DNA of 64,000 bases from the human T2T-CHM13v2.0 reference genome, Homo sapiens. How positions within the stretch are numbered: the stretch's first letter is position 1; every line of letters begins with the position of its first letter. The stretch lies in NCBI RefSeq assembly GCF_009914755.1, contig NC_060945.1, one strand, 5' to 3'. This document shows positions 15,790 to 30,429 of the stretch, piece by piece. Below the pieces are notes generated by a model, which was not told where the DNA came from, made no database searches, and saw only the letters and a program-made list of their open reading frames with translations. The position numbers and the translations under genes were made by a program.

Positions 15790-18700
15790 GGAACGGAACG
15801 GAATGGAATGGAATGGAATGGAATGTAACGGCATGGAATGGAATGGAATGGAATGGAATGGAATGGAATGGAATGGAATATAACGGCATGCAATGGAATG
15901 GAATGGAGTGGATTCAACCCGAGTGGAATGGAGTGGATTGGACTGTAACGGCATGGAATGGAATGGAATGGAGTGAAATAAACTCGAGTGGAATGGAATG
16001 GAATGGAATAGAATGGAATGGAATTGAAAGGAATGGAAGAGAATGGAATGGAATCAACTCGAGTGGAAAGGAATGGATTGGAAAGGAATGGAATGGAATG
16101 GAAAGGAATGGAATGCAATGGAATGCAGTGTTATGGAATGGAATCAACCCGAGTGGAATGGAATGGAACGGAAAGGAATGGAATGCAATGGAATGCAATG
16201 TTAGGGAATGGAATCAACCCGAGTGGAATGGAATGGAATGGAATGGAATGCAATGGAATGGAATGGAATGGAATGGAATGGAATAAAATGGAATCAATTC
16301 GAATGCAATGTAATGGTATAGAATGGAATGGAATGGAATGGAATGGAATCAACCACAGTGGAATGGAATGGAAAGGAATGGAATGGAATGGAATGGAATG
16401 GAATGGAATGGAATGGAATGTAACAGCATGGAATGGAATGGAATGGAGTGGAATCAACCCGAGTGGAATGGAGTGGAATGGACTGTAATGGTCTGGAATG
16501 GAATGGAATGGAATGGAGTGGAATAAACACAAGTGGAATGGAATGGAATGGAATGGACTGGAATCAACCAGAGTGCAATGGAATGGAATAGAATGGAATG
16601 GAATGGAATGGAATGAAAAAAACACGAGTGGAATGGAATGGAATGGAATGGAATGGAATTCAATGGAATGGAATGGACAGGAATGGAATGGAATGGAATG
16701 GAATGGCGTGGAATGGACTAGAATGGAATGGAATGGAATGAAATCAACCCGATTGGAATGGAATGGAATGCAATGGAATGGAATGGAATCAACTGGAAAG
16801 GAATTAAATGGAACGGAATGGAATAGAATGGAATGGATTGGAATGGAATGGAATGGATTCAACCCGAGTGGAATGGAATGGAATAGAATGGAATAAACAC
16901 GAGTGGAATGGAATGGAATGGAATGGAATGGAATGGAATGGAATGGAATGGAATCAACTCGAGTGGAATGAAATGGAATGGAATGGAATGGAATGGAATT
17001 GAATGGAATAAACACGAGTGGAATGGAATGGAATGGAATGGAATGGAATGGAATGGAATGGAATAGAATGGAGTCAATTCAAGTGCAATGGAATGGTATA
17101 AAATGGAATCGAATGGAATGGAATCAACCAGAGTGGAATGGAATGGAAAGGTATAGAATGGAATGGAATGGAATGGAATGGAACGGAATGGAATGGAATG
17201 GAATGGAATGTAACGGCATGGAATGGAATGGAATGGAATGGAATGGAATGGAATGGAATGGAATGGCATGCAATGGAATGGAATGGAGTGGAATAAACAC
17301 GAGTGGAATGGAATGGAATGGAATGGACTGGAATGGAAAGGAATGGAAGAGAATGGAATGGAATCAACACGAGTGGAAAGGAATGGAATGGAAAGGAATG
17401 GAATGGAATGGAAAGGAATGTAATGCAATGGAATGCAGTGTTATGGAATGGAATCAACCCGAGTGGAATGGAATGGAATGGAATGGAATGGAGTGGAATG
17501 GAATGGAATGGAATGCAATGGAATGGACAGGAATGGAATGGAATGGAAAGGAATGGAATGGAGTGGAATGGACTAGAATGAAATGGAATGGAATGAAATC
17601 AACCCTATTGGAATGGAATGGAATGCAATGGAATGGAATGGAATCAACTGGTAAGGAAACAAATGAACAGAATGGAATAGAATGGAATGGATTGTAATGG
17701 AATGGAATGGAATCAAACCTAGTAGAATGGAATGGAAAGAATGGAATGAACAGGAATGGAATGGAATGGAATGGAATTTAATGGAATGCAATGGAATTTA
17801 ATAGAATGGAATGGAATGGAATGGATTATAATGGAATGGAATGGAATCAATCTGGGTGGAATGGAATGGAATGGAATGGAATGGAATGGAATGGACTGTA
17901 ACGGCATGGAATGCAATGGAATGGAGTGGAATCAACCCGAGTGGAATGGAATGGAATGGACTGTAACGGCATGGAACGGAATGGAATGGAGTGGAATCAA
18001 ACCGAGAGGAATGGAATGGAATGGAATGGAATGGAATGGAATGGAATAGAATGGAATCAATTCGAATGCAATGTAATGGTATAGAATGGAATGGAATGGA
18101 ATGGAATCAACCAGAGTGGAATGGAATGGAATGGAATGCAATGGAATAGAATGTAATGGAATGGAACGGAATGGAACGGAATGGAATGGAATGGAATGGA
18201 ATGGAATGGAATGGCATGGAATGGAATGGAATGGAGTGGAATCAACCCGAGTGGAATGGAGTGGAATGGACTGTAATGGCATGGAATGGAATGGAATGGA
18301 GTGGAATAAACACAAGTGGAATGGAATGGAATGGAATGGACTACAATCAACCAGAGTGCAATGGAATGGAATAGAATGGAATGGAATGGAATGGAATGAA
18401 ATAAACACGAGTGGAATGGAATGGAATGGAATGGAAGAGAATGGAATGGAATCAACTCGAGTGGAAAGGAATGGAATGGAAAGGAATGGAATGGAATGGA
18501 ATGGAACGGAATGGAATGGAATGGAATGGAATGTAACGGCATGGAATGGAATGGAATGGAATGGAATGGAATGGAATGGAATGGAATGGAATATAACGGC
18601 ATGCAATGGAATGGAATGGAGTGGATTCAACCAGAGTGGAATGGAGTGGATTGGACCGTAACGGCATGGAATGGAATGGAATGGAGTGGAATAAACACGA

Positions 18701-21335
18701 GTGGAATGGAATGGAATGGAATGGACTGGAATCAACCCGAGTGCAATGGAATGGAATGGAATGGAATGGAATGGAATGGAGTGAAATAAACTCGAGTGGA
18801 ATGGAATGGAATGAAATAGAATGGAATGGAATGGAAAGGAATGGAAGAGAATGGAATGGAATCAACTCGAGTGGAAAGGAATGGAATGGAAAGGAATGGA
18901 ATGGAATGGAAAGGAATGGAATGCAATGGAATGCAGTGTTATGGAATGGAATCAACCCGAGTGGAATGGAATGGAATGGAAAGGAATGGAATGCAATGGA
19001 ATGCAATGTTAGGGAATGGAATCAACCCGAGTGGAATGGAATGGAATGGAATGGAATGCAATGGAATGGAATGGAATGGAATGGAATGGAATAGAATGGA
19101 ATCAATTCGAATGCAATGTAATGGTATAGAATGGAATGGAATGGAATGGAATGGAATCAACCAGAGTGGAATGGAATGGAAAGGAATGGAATGGAATGGA
19201 ATGGAATGGAAAGGAATGGAATGGAATGGAATGGAATGGAATGGAATGGAATGGAATGTAACAGCATGGAATGGAATGGAATGGAGTGGAATCAACCCGA
19301 GTGGAATGGAGTGGAATGGACTGTAATGGTCTGGAATGGAATGGAGTGGAATAAACACAAGTGGAATGGAATGGAATGGAATGGACTGGAATCAACTAGA
19401 GTGCAATGGAATGGAATAGAATGGAATGGAATGGAATGGAATGAAAAAAACACGAGTGGAATGGAATGGAATGGAATGGAATTCAATGGAATGGAATGGA
19501 CAGGAATGGAATGGAATGGAATGGAATGGAGTGCAATGGACTAGAATGGAATGGAATGGAATGAAATCAACCCGATTGGAATGGAATGGAATGCAATGGA
19601 ATGGAATGGAATCAACTGGAAAGGAATCAAATGGAACGGAATGGAATAGAATGGAATGGATTGGAATGGAATGGAATGGATTCAACCCGAGTGGAATGGA
19701 ATGGAATAGAATGGAATAAACACGAGTGGAATGGAATGGAATGGAATGGAATGGAATGGAATCAACTCGAGTGGAATGAAATGGAATGGAATGGAATGGA
19801 ATGGAATTGAATGGAATAAACACGAGTGGAATGGAATGGAATGGAATGGAATGGAATGGAATGGAATGGAATAGAATGGAGTCAATTCAAGTGCAATGGA
19901 ATGGTATAAAATGGAATCGAATGGAATGGAATCAACCAGAGTGGAATGGAATGGAAAGGTATAGAATGGAATGGAATGGAATGGAATGGAACGGAATGGA
20001 ATGGAATGGAATGGAATGTAACGGCATGGAATGGAATGGAATGGAATGGAATGGAATGGAATGGAATGGCATGCAATGGAATGGAATGGAGTGGAATAAA
20101 CACGAGTGGAATGGAATGGAATGGAATGGACTGGAATGGAAAGGAATGGAAGAGAATGGAATGGAATCAACACGAGTGGAAAGGAATGGAATGGAAAGGA
20201 ATGGAATGGAATGGAAAGGAATGTAATGCAATGGAATGCAGTGTTATGGAATGGAATCAACCCGAGTGGAATGGAATGGAATGGAATGGAATGGAGTGGA
20301 ATGGAGTGGAATGGAATGTAATGGAATGGACAGGAATGGAATGGAATGGAATGGAATGGAATGGAATGGAGTGGAATGGACTAGAATGGAATGGAATGGA
20401 ATGAAATCAACCCTATTGGAATGGAATGGAATGCAATGGAATGGAATGGAATCAACTGGTAAGGAAACAAATGGAACAGAATGGAATAGAATGGAATGGA
20501 TTGTAATGGAATGGAATGGAATCAAACCTAGTAGAATGGAATGGAAAGAATGGAATGAACAGGAATGGAATGGAATGGAATGGAATTTAATGGAATGGAA
20601 TGGATTATAATGGAATGGAATGGAATCAATCTGGGTGGAATGGAATGGAATGGAATGGAATGGAATGGACTGTAACGGCATGGAATGCAATGGAATGGAG
20701 TGGAATCAACCCGAGTGGAATGGAATGGAATGGACTGTAACGGCATGGAACGGAATGGAATGGAGTGGAATCAAACCGTGAGGAATGGAATGGAATGGAA
20801 TGGAATGGAATGGAATGGAATGGAATAGAATGGAATCAATTCGAATGCAATATAATGGTATAGAATGGAATGGAATGGCATGGAATCAACCAGAGTGGAA
20901 TGGAATGGAATGGAATGGAATGGAATGGAATGGAATAGAATGTAATGGAATGGAACGGAATGGAACGGAATGGAATAGAATGTAATGGAATGGAACGGAA
21001 CGGAACGGAATGGAATGGAATGGAATGGAATGGAATGGAATGGAATGGAATGGAATGGAATGGCATGGAATGGAATGGAATGGAGTGGAATCAACCCGAG
21101 TGGAATGGAGTGGAATGGACTGTAATGGCATGGAATGGAATGGAATGGAGTGGAATAAACACAAGTGGAATGGAATGGAATGGAATGGACTACAATCAAC
21201 CAGAGTGCAATGGAATGGAATAGAATGGAATGGAATGGAATGGAATGAAATAAACACGAGTGGAATGGAATGGAATGGAATGGAAGAGAATGGAATGGAA
21301 TCAACTTGAGTGGAAAGGAATGGAATGGAAAGGAA
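15790..21335 (+). repeat. Tandem duplication of a ~2.8 kb HSat3 unit (2 copies)
   Basis: Landmarks TTAGGGAATG 16201/19009 (offset 2808), GTCTGG 16491/19329 (2838), CAAACCTAG 17714/20523 (2809), CTACAATCAA ~18341/~21190. The copies differ mainly by pentamer-count indels. Confidence 0.85.
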
Positions 21336-24300
21336 TGGAATGGAATGGAAAGGAATGGAATGCAATGGAATGCAGTGTTATGGAATGGAATCAACCCGAG
21401 TGGAATGGAATGGAATGGAATGGAATGCAATGGAATGGACAGGAATGGAATGGAATGGAATGGAATGGAATGGAATGGAATGGAATGGAGTGGAATGGAC
21501 TAGAATGGAATGGAATGGAATGAAATCAACCCGATTGGAATGGAATGGAATGCAATGGAATGGAATGGAATCAACTGGAAAGGAATCAAATGGAACGGAA
21601 TGGAATGGAATGGAATGGAATGGAATGGAATCAACCCTAGTGGAATGGAATGGAATGAAATCAAACTGAGTGGAATGGAAGGGAATGGAATGCAATGGAA
21701 TGTAATGGAGTGGAAGGCATTTGAATCAACTGGAATGGAATGGAAAGGAATGGAATGGAATGGAATCAACCCCAGTGGAATGGAATGGAATCGAATGGAT
21801 TATAATGGAATGGAATGGAATCAATCTGGGTGGAATGGAATGGAATGGAATGCAATGTAATGGAATGGAATGGACTGTAACGGCATGGAATGCAATGGAA
21901 TGGAGTGGAATCAACCCGAGTGGAATGGAATGGAATGGACTGTAACGGCATGGAACGGAATGGAATGGAGTGGAATCAAACCGAGAGGAATGGAATGGAA
22001 TGGAATGGAATGGAATGGAATGGAATGGAATAGAATGGAATCAATTCGAATGCAATGTAATGGTATAGAATGGAATGGAATGGAATGGAATCAACCAGAG
22101 TGGAATGGAATGGAATGGAATGGAATGGAATAGAATGTAATGGAATGGAACGGAATGGAACGGAATGGAATGGAATGGAATGGAATGGAATGGAATGGAA
22201 TGGAATGGAATGGCATGGAATGGAATGGAATGGAGTGGAATCAACCCGAGTGGAATGGAGTGGAATGGACTGTAATGGCATGGAATGGAATGGAATGGAG
22301 TGGAATAAACACAAGTGGAATGGAATGGAATGGAATGGACTACAATCAACCAGAGTGCAATGGAATGGAATAGAATGGAATGGAATGGAATGGAATGAAA
22401 TAAACACGAGTGGAATGGAATGGAATGGAATGGAAGAGAATGGAATGGAATCAACTCGAGTGGAAAGGAATGGAATGGAAAGGAATGGAATGGAATGGAA
22501 AGGAATGGAATGCAATGGAATGCAGTGTTATGGAATGGAATCAACCCGAGTGGAATGGAATGGAATGGAATGGAATGCAATGGAATGGACAGGAGTGGAA
22601 TGGAATGGAATTCAATGGAATGGAATGGACAGGAATGGAATGGAATGGAATGGAATGGAATGGAATGGAGTGGAATGGACTAGAATGGAATGGAATGGAA
22701 TGAAATCAACCCGATTGGAATGGAATGGAATGCAATGGAATGGAATGGAATCAACTGGAAAGGAATCAAATGGAACGGAATGGAATAGAATGGAATGGAT
22801 TGGAATGGAAAGGAATGGATTCAACCCGAGTGGAATGGAATGGAATAGAACGGAATAAACACGAGTGGAATGGAATGGAATGGAATGGAATGGAATGGAA
22901 TGGAATGGAATGGAATCAACTCGAGTGGAATGCAATGTAATGTAATGGAATGGAATGGAATTGAATGGAATAAACACGAGTGGAATGGAATGGAATGGAA
23001 TAGAATGGAGTCAATTCAAGTGCAATGGAATGGTATACAATGGAATCGAATGGAATGGAATCAACCAGAGTGGAATGGAATGGAAAGGAATGGAATGGAA
23101 TGGAACGGAACGGAATGGAATGGAATGGAATGGAATGTAACGGCATGGAATGGAATGGAATGGAATGGAATGGAATGGAATGGAATATAACGGCATGCAA
23201 TGGAATGGAATGGAGTGGATTCAACCCGAGTGGAATGGAGTGGATTGGACTGTAACGGCATGGAATGGAATGGAATGGAGTGGAATAAACACGAGTGGAA
23301 TGGAATGGAATGGAATGGACTGGAATCAACCCGAGTGCAATGGAATGGAATGGAATGGAATGGAGTGAAATAAACTCGAGTGGAATGGAATGGAATGGAA
23401 TAGAATGGAATGGAATGGAAAGGAATGGAAGAGAATGGAATGGAATCAACTCGAGTGGAAAGGAATGGAATGGGAAGGAATGGAATGGAATGGAAAGGAA
23501 TGGAATACAATGGAATTCAGTGTTATGGAATGGAATCAACCCGAGTGGAATGGAATGGAATGGAATGGAATGGAATGGAATGGAATGGATTGGAATGGAA
23601 TGGACAGGAATGGAATGGAATGGAATGGAATGGAACGGAATGGACAGGAATAGAATGGAATGGAATGGAATGGAGTGGAATGGACTAGAATGGAATGGAC
23701 TAGAATGGAATGGAATGGAATGAAATCAACCCGATGGGAATGGAATGGAATACAATGGAATGGAATGGAATCAACTGGAAAGGAATCAAATGGAACGGAA
23801 TGGAATTGAATGGAATGGATTGGAATGGAATGGAATGGAATCAAACCTAGTAGAATGGAATGGAAAGAATGGAATGTACAGGAATGGAATGGAATGGAAT
23901 GGAATTTAACGGAATGGAATGGAATGGAATGGAATTTAATAGAATGGAATGGAGTGGAATGGAATGGAATGGAATGGAATGGAATGGAATGGAATCAACC
24001 CGATTGGAGTCAAATAAAATGGAATGGAAATGAATGGAATAGAATGGAATGGAATGGAACGGAAAGGAATGGCATGAACCCGAGTGGAATGGAATGGAAT
24101 GGAATGGAATGGAATGGAATGGAATGGAATCGAAAGGCACGGAATGGAATGGAATGGAATGGAATGGAATGGAATGGAATGGAATCAACCCGAGTGGAAT
24201 GGAATGGAATGGAATCAAACTGAGTGGAATGGAATGGAATGGAATGCAATGGAATGTAATGGAGTGGAAGGCATTAGAATCAACTGGAATGGAATGGAGT

Positions 24301-24699
24301 GGAATGGAATGGAATCAACGCCAGTGGAATGGAATGGAATGGAATGGATAATAATGGAATGGAATGGAATCAACCCGGGTGGAATGGAATGGAATGGAAT
24401 GCAATGGAATGGAATGGAATCAACTCGAGTGGAATGAAATGTAACGTAATGTAATGGAATGGAATGGAATGGAATGGAATAGAATGGAATCAATTCGAGT
24501 GTAATATAACGGTATAGAATGGAATGGAATGGAATGGAATGGAATCAACTAGAGTGGAAACGAATGGAAAGGAATGGAATGGAATGGAATGGAGTGTAAT
24601 GGAATGGAATGGAATGGAATGGAATGGCATGGAATGGAATGGAATGGAGTGGAATCAACCAGAGTGGAATGGAGTGCAATGGACTGTAACGGCATGGAA

Positions 24700-27600
24700 T
24701 GGAATGGAATGGAGTGGAATAAACACGAGTGGAATGGAATGGAATGGAATGGACTGGAATCAACCAGAGTGCAATGGAATGAAATAGAATGGAATGGAAT
24801 GGAATGGAATGAAATAAACACGAGCGGAATGGAATGGAATGGAATGGAATGGAAAGGAATGGAATGCAATGGAATCAACCCGAGTGGAATGGAATGGAAT
24901 GGAATGGAATGGAATGCAATGGAATGGAAAGGAATGGAATGTAATGGAATTCAATGGAATGGAATGTACAGGAATGGAATGAAATGTAATGGAATGGAAT
25001 GCAATGGAGTGGAATGGACTAGAATGGAATGGAATGGAATGAAATCAACCCGATTGGAATGGATTGGAATGCAATGGAATGGAATGGAATCAACTGGAAA
25101 GGAATGAAATGGAACGGAATGGAATAGAATGGAATGGATTGGAATGGAATGGAATGGATTCAACCCGAGTGGAATGGAATGGAATAGAATGGAATGGAAT
25201 CAACTCGAGTGGAATGAAATGTAATGTAATGGAATGGAATGGAATTGAATGGAATAAACACGAGTGGAATGGAATGGAATGGAATGGAATGGAATGGAAT
25301 AGAATAGAGTCAATTCAAGTGCAATGGAATGGTATACAATGGAATCGAATGGAATGGAATCAACCAGAGTGGAATGGAATGGAAAGGAATGGAATGGAAT
25401 GGAATGGAATGGAAAGGAATGGCATGGAATGGAATGGAATGTAACGGCATGCAATGGAATGGAATGGAGTGGATTCAACCCGAGTGGAATGGAGTGGATT
25501 GGACTGTAACGGCATGGAATGGAATGGAATGGAGTGGAATAAACACGAGTGGAATGGAATGGAATGGAATGGACTGGAATCAACCCGAGTGCAATGGAAT
25601 GGAATACAATGGAATGGAATGGAATGAAATAAACACGAGTGGAATGGAATGGAATGGAATGGAATGGAATGGAATGGAAAGGAATGGAAGAGAATGGAAT
25701 GGAATCAACTCGAGTGGAAAGGAATGGAATGGAAAGGAATGGAATGGAATGGAAAGGAATGTAATGCAATGGAATGCAGTGTTATGGAATGGAATCAACC
25801 CGAGTGGAATGGAATGGAATGGAATGGAATGGAATGGAATGGAATGCAATGGAATGGAAAGGAATGGAATGGAATGGAATGGAACGGAATGGAATGGAAT
25901 GGAATGGACAGGAATGGAATGGAACGGAATGGAATGGAATGGAATGGAGTGGAATGGACTAGAATGGAATGGAATGGAATGAAATCAACCCGATTGGAAT
26001 GGAACGGAATGCAATGGAATGGAATGGAATCAACTGGTAAGGAATCAAATGGAACGGAATGGAATAGAATGGCATGGATTGGAATGGAATGGAATGGAAT
26101 CAAACCTAGTAGAATGGAATGGAAAGAATGGAGTGAACAGGAATGGAATGGAATGGAATGGAATTTAATGGAATGGAATGGAATTTAATAGAATGGAATG
26201 GAATGGAATGGAATGGAATGGAATGGAATCAACCTGAGTGGAGTGGAATGGAATGGAATGGAATGGAATGGAAATGAATGGAATAGAATAGAATGGAATG
26301 GAACGGAAAGGAATGGAATGAACCCGAGTGGAATGGAATGGAATGGAATGGAATGGAATGGAACGGCACGGAATGGAATGGAATGGAATGGAATGGAATG
26401 GAATGGAATGGAATGGAATCAACCCGAGTGGAATGGAATGGAATGGAATCAAACTGAGTGGAATGGAATGGAATGGAAAGCAATGGAATGTAATGCAGTG
26501 GAAGGCATTAGAATCAACTGGAATGGAATGGAGTGGAATGGAATGGAATCAATGTCAGTGGAATGGAATGGAATGGAATGGATAATAATGGAATGGAATG
26601 GAATCAATCCGGGTGGAATGGAATGGAATGGAATGCAATGGAATGGAATGGAATCAACTCGAGTGGAATGAAATGTAACGTAATGGAATGGAATGGAATG
26701 GAATGGAATAGAATGGAATCAATTCGAGTGTAATATAACGGTATAGAATGGAATGGAATGGAATGGAATCAACTAGAGTGGAAACGAACGGAAAGAATGG
26801 AATGGAATGGAATGGAGTGTAATGGAATGGAATGGAATGGAAAGGAATGGAATGGAATGGAATGGCATGGAATGGAATGGAATGGAGTGGAATCAACCAG
26901 AGTGGAATGGAGTGCAATGGACTGTAACGGCATGGAATGGAATGGAATGGAGTGGAATAAACACGAGTGGAATGGAATGGAATGGAACGGACTGGAATGG
27001 AATGGAATGGAATCAACCCGAGTGAAATGGAATGGAATAGATTGGAATGAAACAAACACGAGTGGAAAGGAATGGAATGGAATGGAATGGAAGAGAATGG
27101 AATGGAATCAACTCGAGTGGAAAGGAATGGAATGGAAAGGAATGGAATGGAATGGAAAGGAATGGAATGCAATGGAATGCAATGTTATGGAATGGAATCA
27201 ACCCGAGTTGAATGGAATGGAATGGAATGGAATGCAATGGAATGGAATGGAATCAACTCGAGTGGAATGAAATGTAATGGAATGGAATGGAATGGAATGG
27301 AATGGAATGGAATAGAATGGAATCATTTCGAATGCAATGTAATGGTATAGAATGGAATGGAATGGAATGGAATCAACCAGAGTGGAATGGAATGGAAAGG
27401 AATGGAATGGAATGGAATGGAAAGGAATGGAATGGAATGGAATGGAATGCAATGTAACGGCATGGAATGGAATGGAATGGAGTGGAATCAACCCGAGTGG
27501 AATGGAGTGGAATGGACTGTAATGGAATGGAATGGAATGGAGTGGAATAAACACAAGTGGAAAGGAATGGAATGGAATCAAACTGAGTGGAATGGAATGG

Positions 27601-30140
27601 AATGGAAGGCAATGGAATGTAATGCAGTGGAAGGCATTAGAATCAACTGGAATGGAATGGAGTGGAATGGAATGGAATCAACGCCAGTGGAATGGATTGG
27701 AATGGAATGGATAATAATGGAATGGAAGGGAATCAATCCGGGTGGAATGGAATGGAATGGAATGCAATGGAATGAAATGGAATCAACTCGAGTGGAATGA
27801 AATGTAACGTAATGGAATGGAATGGAATGGAATAGAATGGAATCAATTCGAGTGCAATATAATGGTATAGAATGGAATGGAATGGAATGGAATGGAATGG
27901 AATCAACCAGAGTGGAATGGAATGGAAAGGAATGGAATGGAATGGAATGGAATGGAATGGAATGGAATGGAATGGAATGGAATGGAACGGCATGGAATGG
28001 AATGGAATGGAGTGGAATCAACCCGAGTGGAATGGAGTGGAATGGACTGTAATGGCATGGAATGGAATGGAATGGAATGGAGTGGAATAAACACAAGTGG
28101 AATGGAATGGAATGGAATGGACTGGAATCAACAAGAGTGCAACGGAATGGAATAGAATGGAATGGAATGGAATGGAATGAAATAAACACGAGCGGAATGG
28201 AATGGAATGGAATGGAATGGAATGGAATGGAATGGAATGGAAAGGAATGGAATGCAATGGAATCAACCCGAGTGGAATGGAATAGAATGGAATGGAATGG
28301 AATGGAATGCAATGGAATGGAAAGGAATGGAATGTAATGGAATTCAATGGAATGGAATGTACAGGAATGGAATGGAATGTAATGGAATGGAATGCAATGG
28401 AGTGGAATGGAGTAGAATGGAATGGAATGGAATGAAATCAACCCGATTGGAATGGATTGGAATGCAATGGAATGGAATGGAATCAACTGGAAAGGAATGA
28501 AATGGAACGGAATGGAATAGAATGGAATGGATTGGAATGGAATGGAATGGATTCAACCCGAGTGGAATGGAATGGAATAGAATGGAATAAACACGAGTGG
28601 GATGGAATGGAATGGAATGGAATCAACTCGAGTGGAATGAAATGTAATGTAATGGAATGGAATGGAATTGAATGGAATAAACACGAGTGGAATGGAATGG
28701 AATGGAATGGAATGGAATAGAATAGAGTCAATTCAAGTGCAATGGAATGGTATACAATGGAATCGAATGGAATGGAATCAACCAGAGTGGAATGGAATGG
28801 AAAGGAATGAAATGGAATGGAATGGAATGGAATGGAATGGAATGGAATGGAATGTAACGGCATGCAATGGAATGGAATGGAGTGGATTCAACCCGAGTGG
28901 AATGGAGTGGATTGGACTGTAACGGCATGGAATGGAATGGAATGGAGTGGAATAAACACGAGTGGAATGGAATGGAATGGAATGGACTGGAATCAACCCG
29001 AGTGCAATGGAATGGAATACAATGGAATGGAATGGAATGGAATGAAATAAACACGAGTGGAATGGAATGGAATGGAATGGAATGCAATGGAATGGAAAGG
29101 AATGGAAGAGAATGGAATGGAATCAACTCGAGTGGAAAGGAATGGAATGGAAAGGAATGGAATGGAATGGAAAGGAATGTAATGCAATGGAATGCAGTGT
29201 TATGGAATGGAATCAACCCGAGTGGAATGGAATGGAATGGAATGGAATGGAATGGAATGGAATGCAATGGAATGGACAGGAATGGAATGGAATGGATTGG
29301 AATGGAATGGAATGGACAGGAATGGAATGGAATGGAATGGAATGGAATGGAGTGGAATGGACTAGAATTGAATGGAATGGAATGAAATCAACCCGATTGG
29401 AATGGAACGGAATGCAATGGAATGGAATGGAATCAACTGGTAAGGAATCAAATGGAACGGAATGGAATAGAATGGAATGGATTCGAATGGAATGGAATGG
29501 AATCAAACCTAGTAGAATGGAATGGAAAGAATGGAGTGAACAGGAATGGAATGGAATGGAATGGAATTTAATGGAATGGAATGGAATTTAATGGAATGGA
29601 ATGGAATGGAATGGAATGGAATGGAATGGAATCAACCTGAGTGGAGTGGAATGGAATGGAATGGAAATGAATGGAATAGAATAGAATGGAATGGAACGGA
29701 AAGGAATGGAATGAACCCGAGTGGAATGGAATGTAATGGAATGGAATGGAACGGCACGGAACGGAATGGAATGGAATGGAATGGAATGGAATGGAATGGA
29801 ATGGAATCAACCCGAGTGGAATGGAATGGAATGGAATCAAACTGAGTGGAATGGAATGGAATGGAAAGCAATGGAATGTAATGCAGTGGAAGGCATTAGA
29901 ATCAACTGGAATGGAATGGAGTGAAATGGAATGGAACCAACGCCAGTGGAATGGAATGGATTGGAATGGATAATAATGGAATGGAAGGGAATCAATCCGG
30001 GTGGAATGGAATGGAATGGAATGCAATGGAATGAAATGGAATCAACTCGAGTGGAATGAAATGTAACGTAATGTAATGGAATGGAATGGAATGGAATGGA
30101 ATAGAATGGAATCAATTCGAGTGCAATATAATGGTATAGA
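24700..30140 (+). repeat. Pair of ~2 kb paralogous HSat3 segments (~24700-26750 and ~28080-30140), offset ~3.4 kb
   Basis: CGAGCGGA 24821/28189, near-identical ORF translations at 24951/28344 (offset 3393), CAAACCTAG 26101/29504 (3403). Confidence 0.75.
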
Positions 30141-30429
30141 ATGGAATGGAATGGAATGGAATGGAATCAAACAGAGTGGAATGGAATGGAATGGAATGGA
30201 ATGGAATGGAATGGAATGGACTGTAACGGCATGGAATGCAATGGAATGGAGTGGAATCAACCCGAGTGGAATGGAATGGATTGGACTGTAATGGCATGGA
30301 ACGGAATGGAATGGAGTGGAATCAACGTGAGAGGAATGGAATGGAATGGAATGGAATGGAATGGAATGGAATGGAATCATCCAGAGTGGAATGGAATGGA
30401 ATGGAATGGAATGGAATGGAATGGAATGG

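Noticed and set aside
16201-19014. TTAGGG telomere hexamers at 16201 and 19009
   Set aside because: These are single hexamers made by one substitution in TTATGG and copied by the 2.8 kb duplication. There is no telomeric tract.
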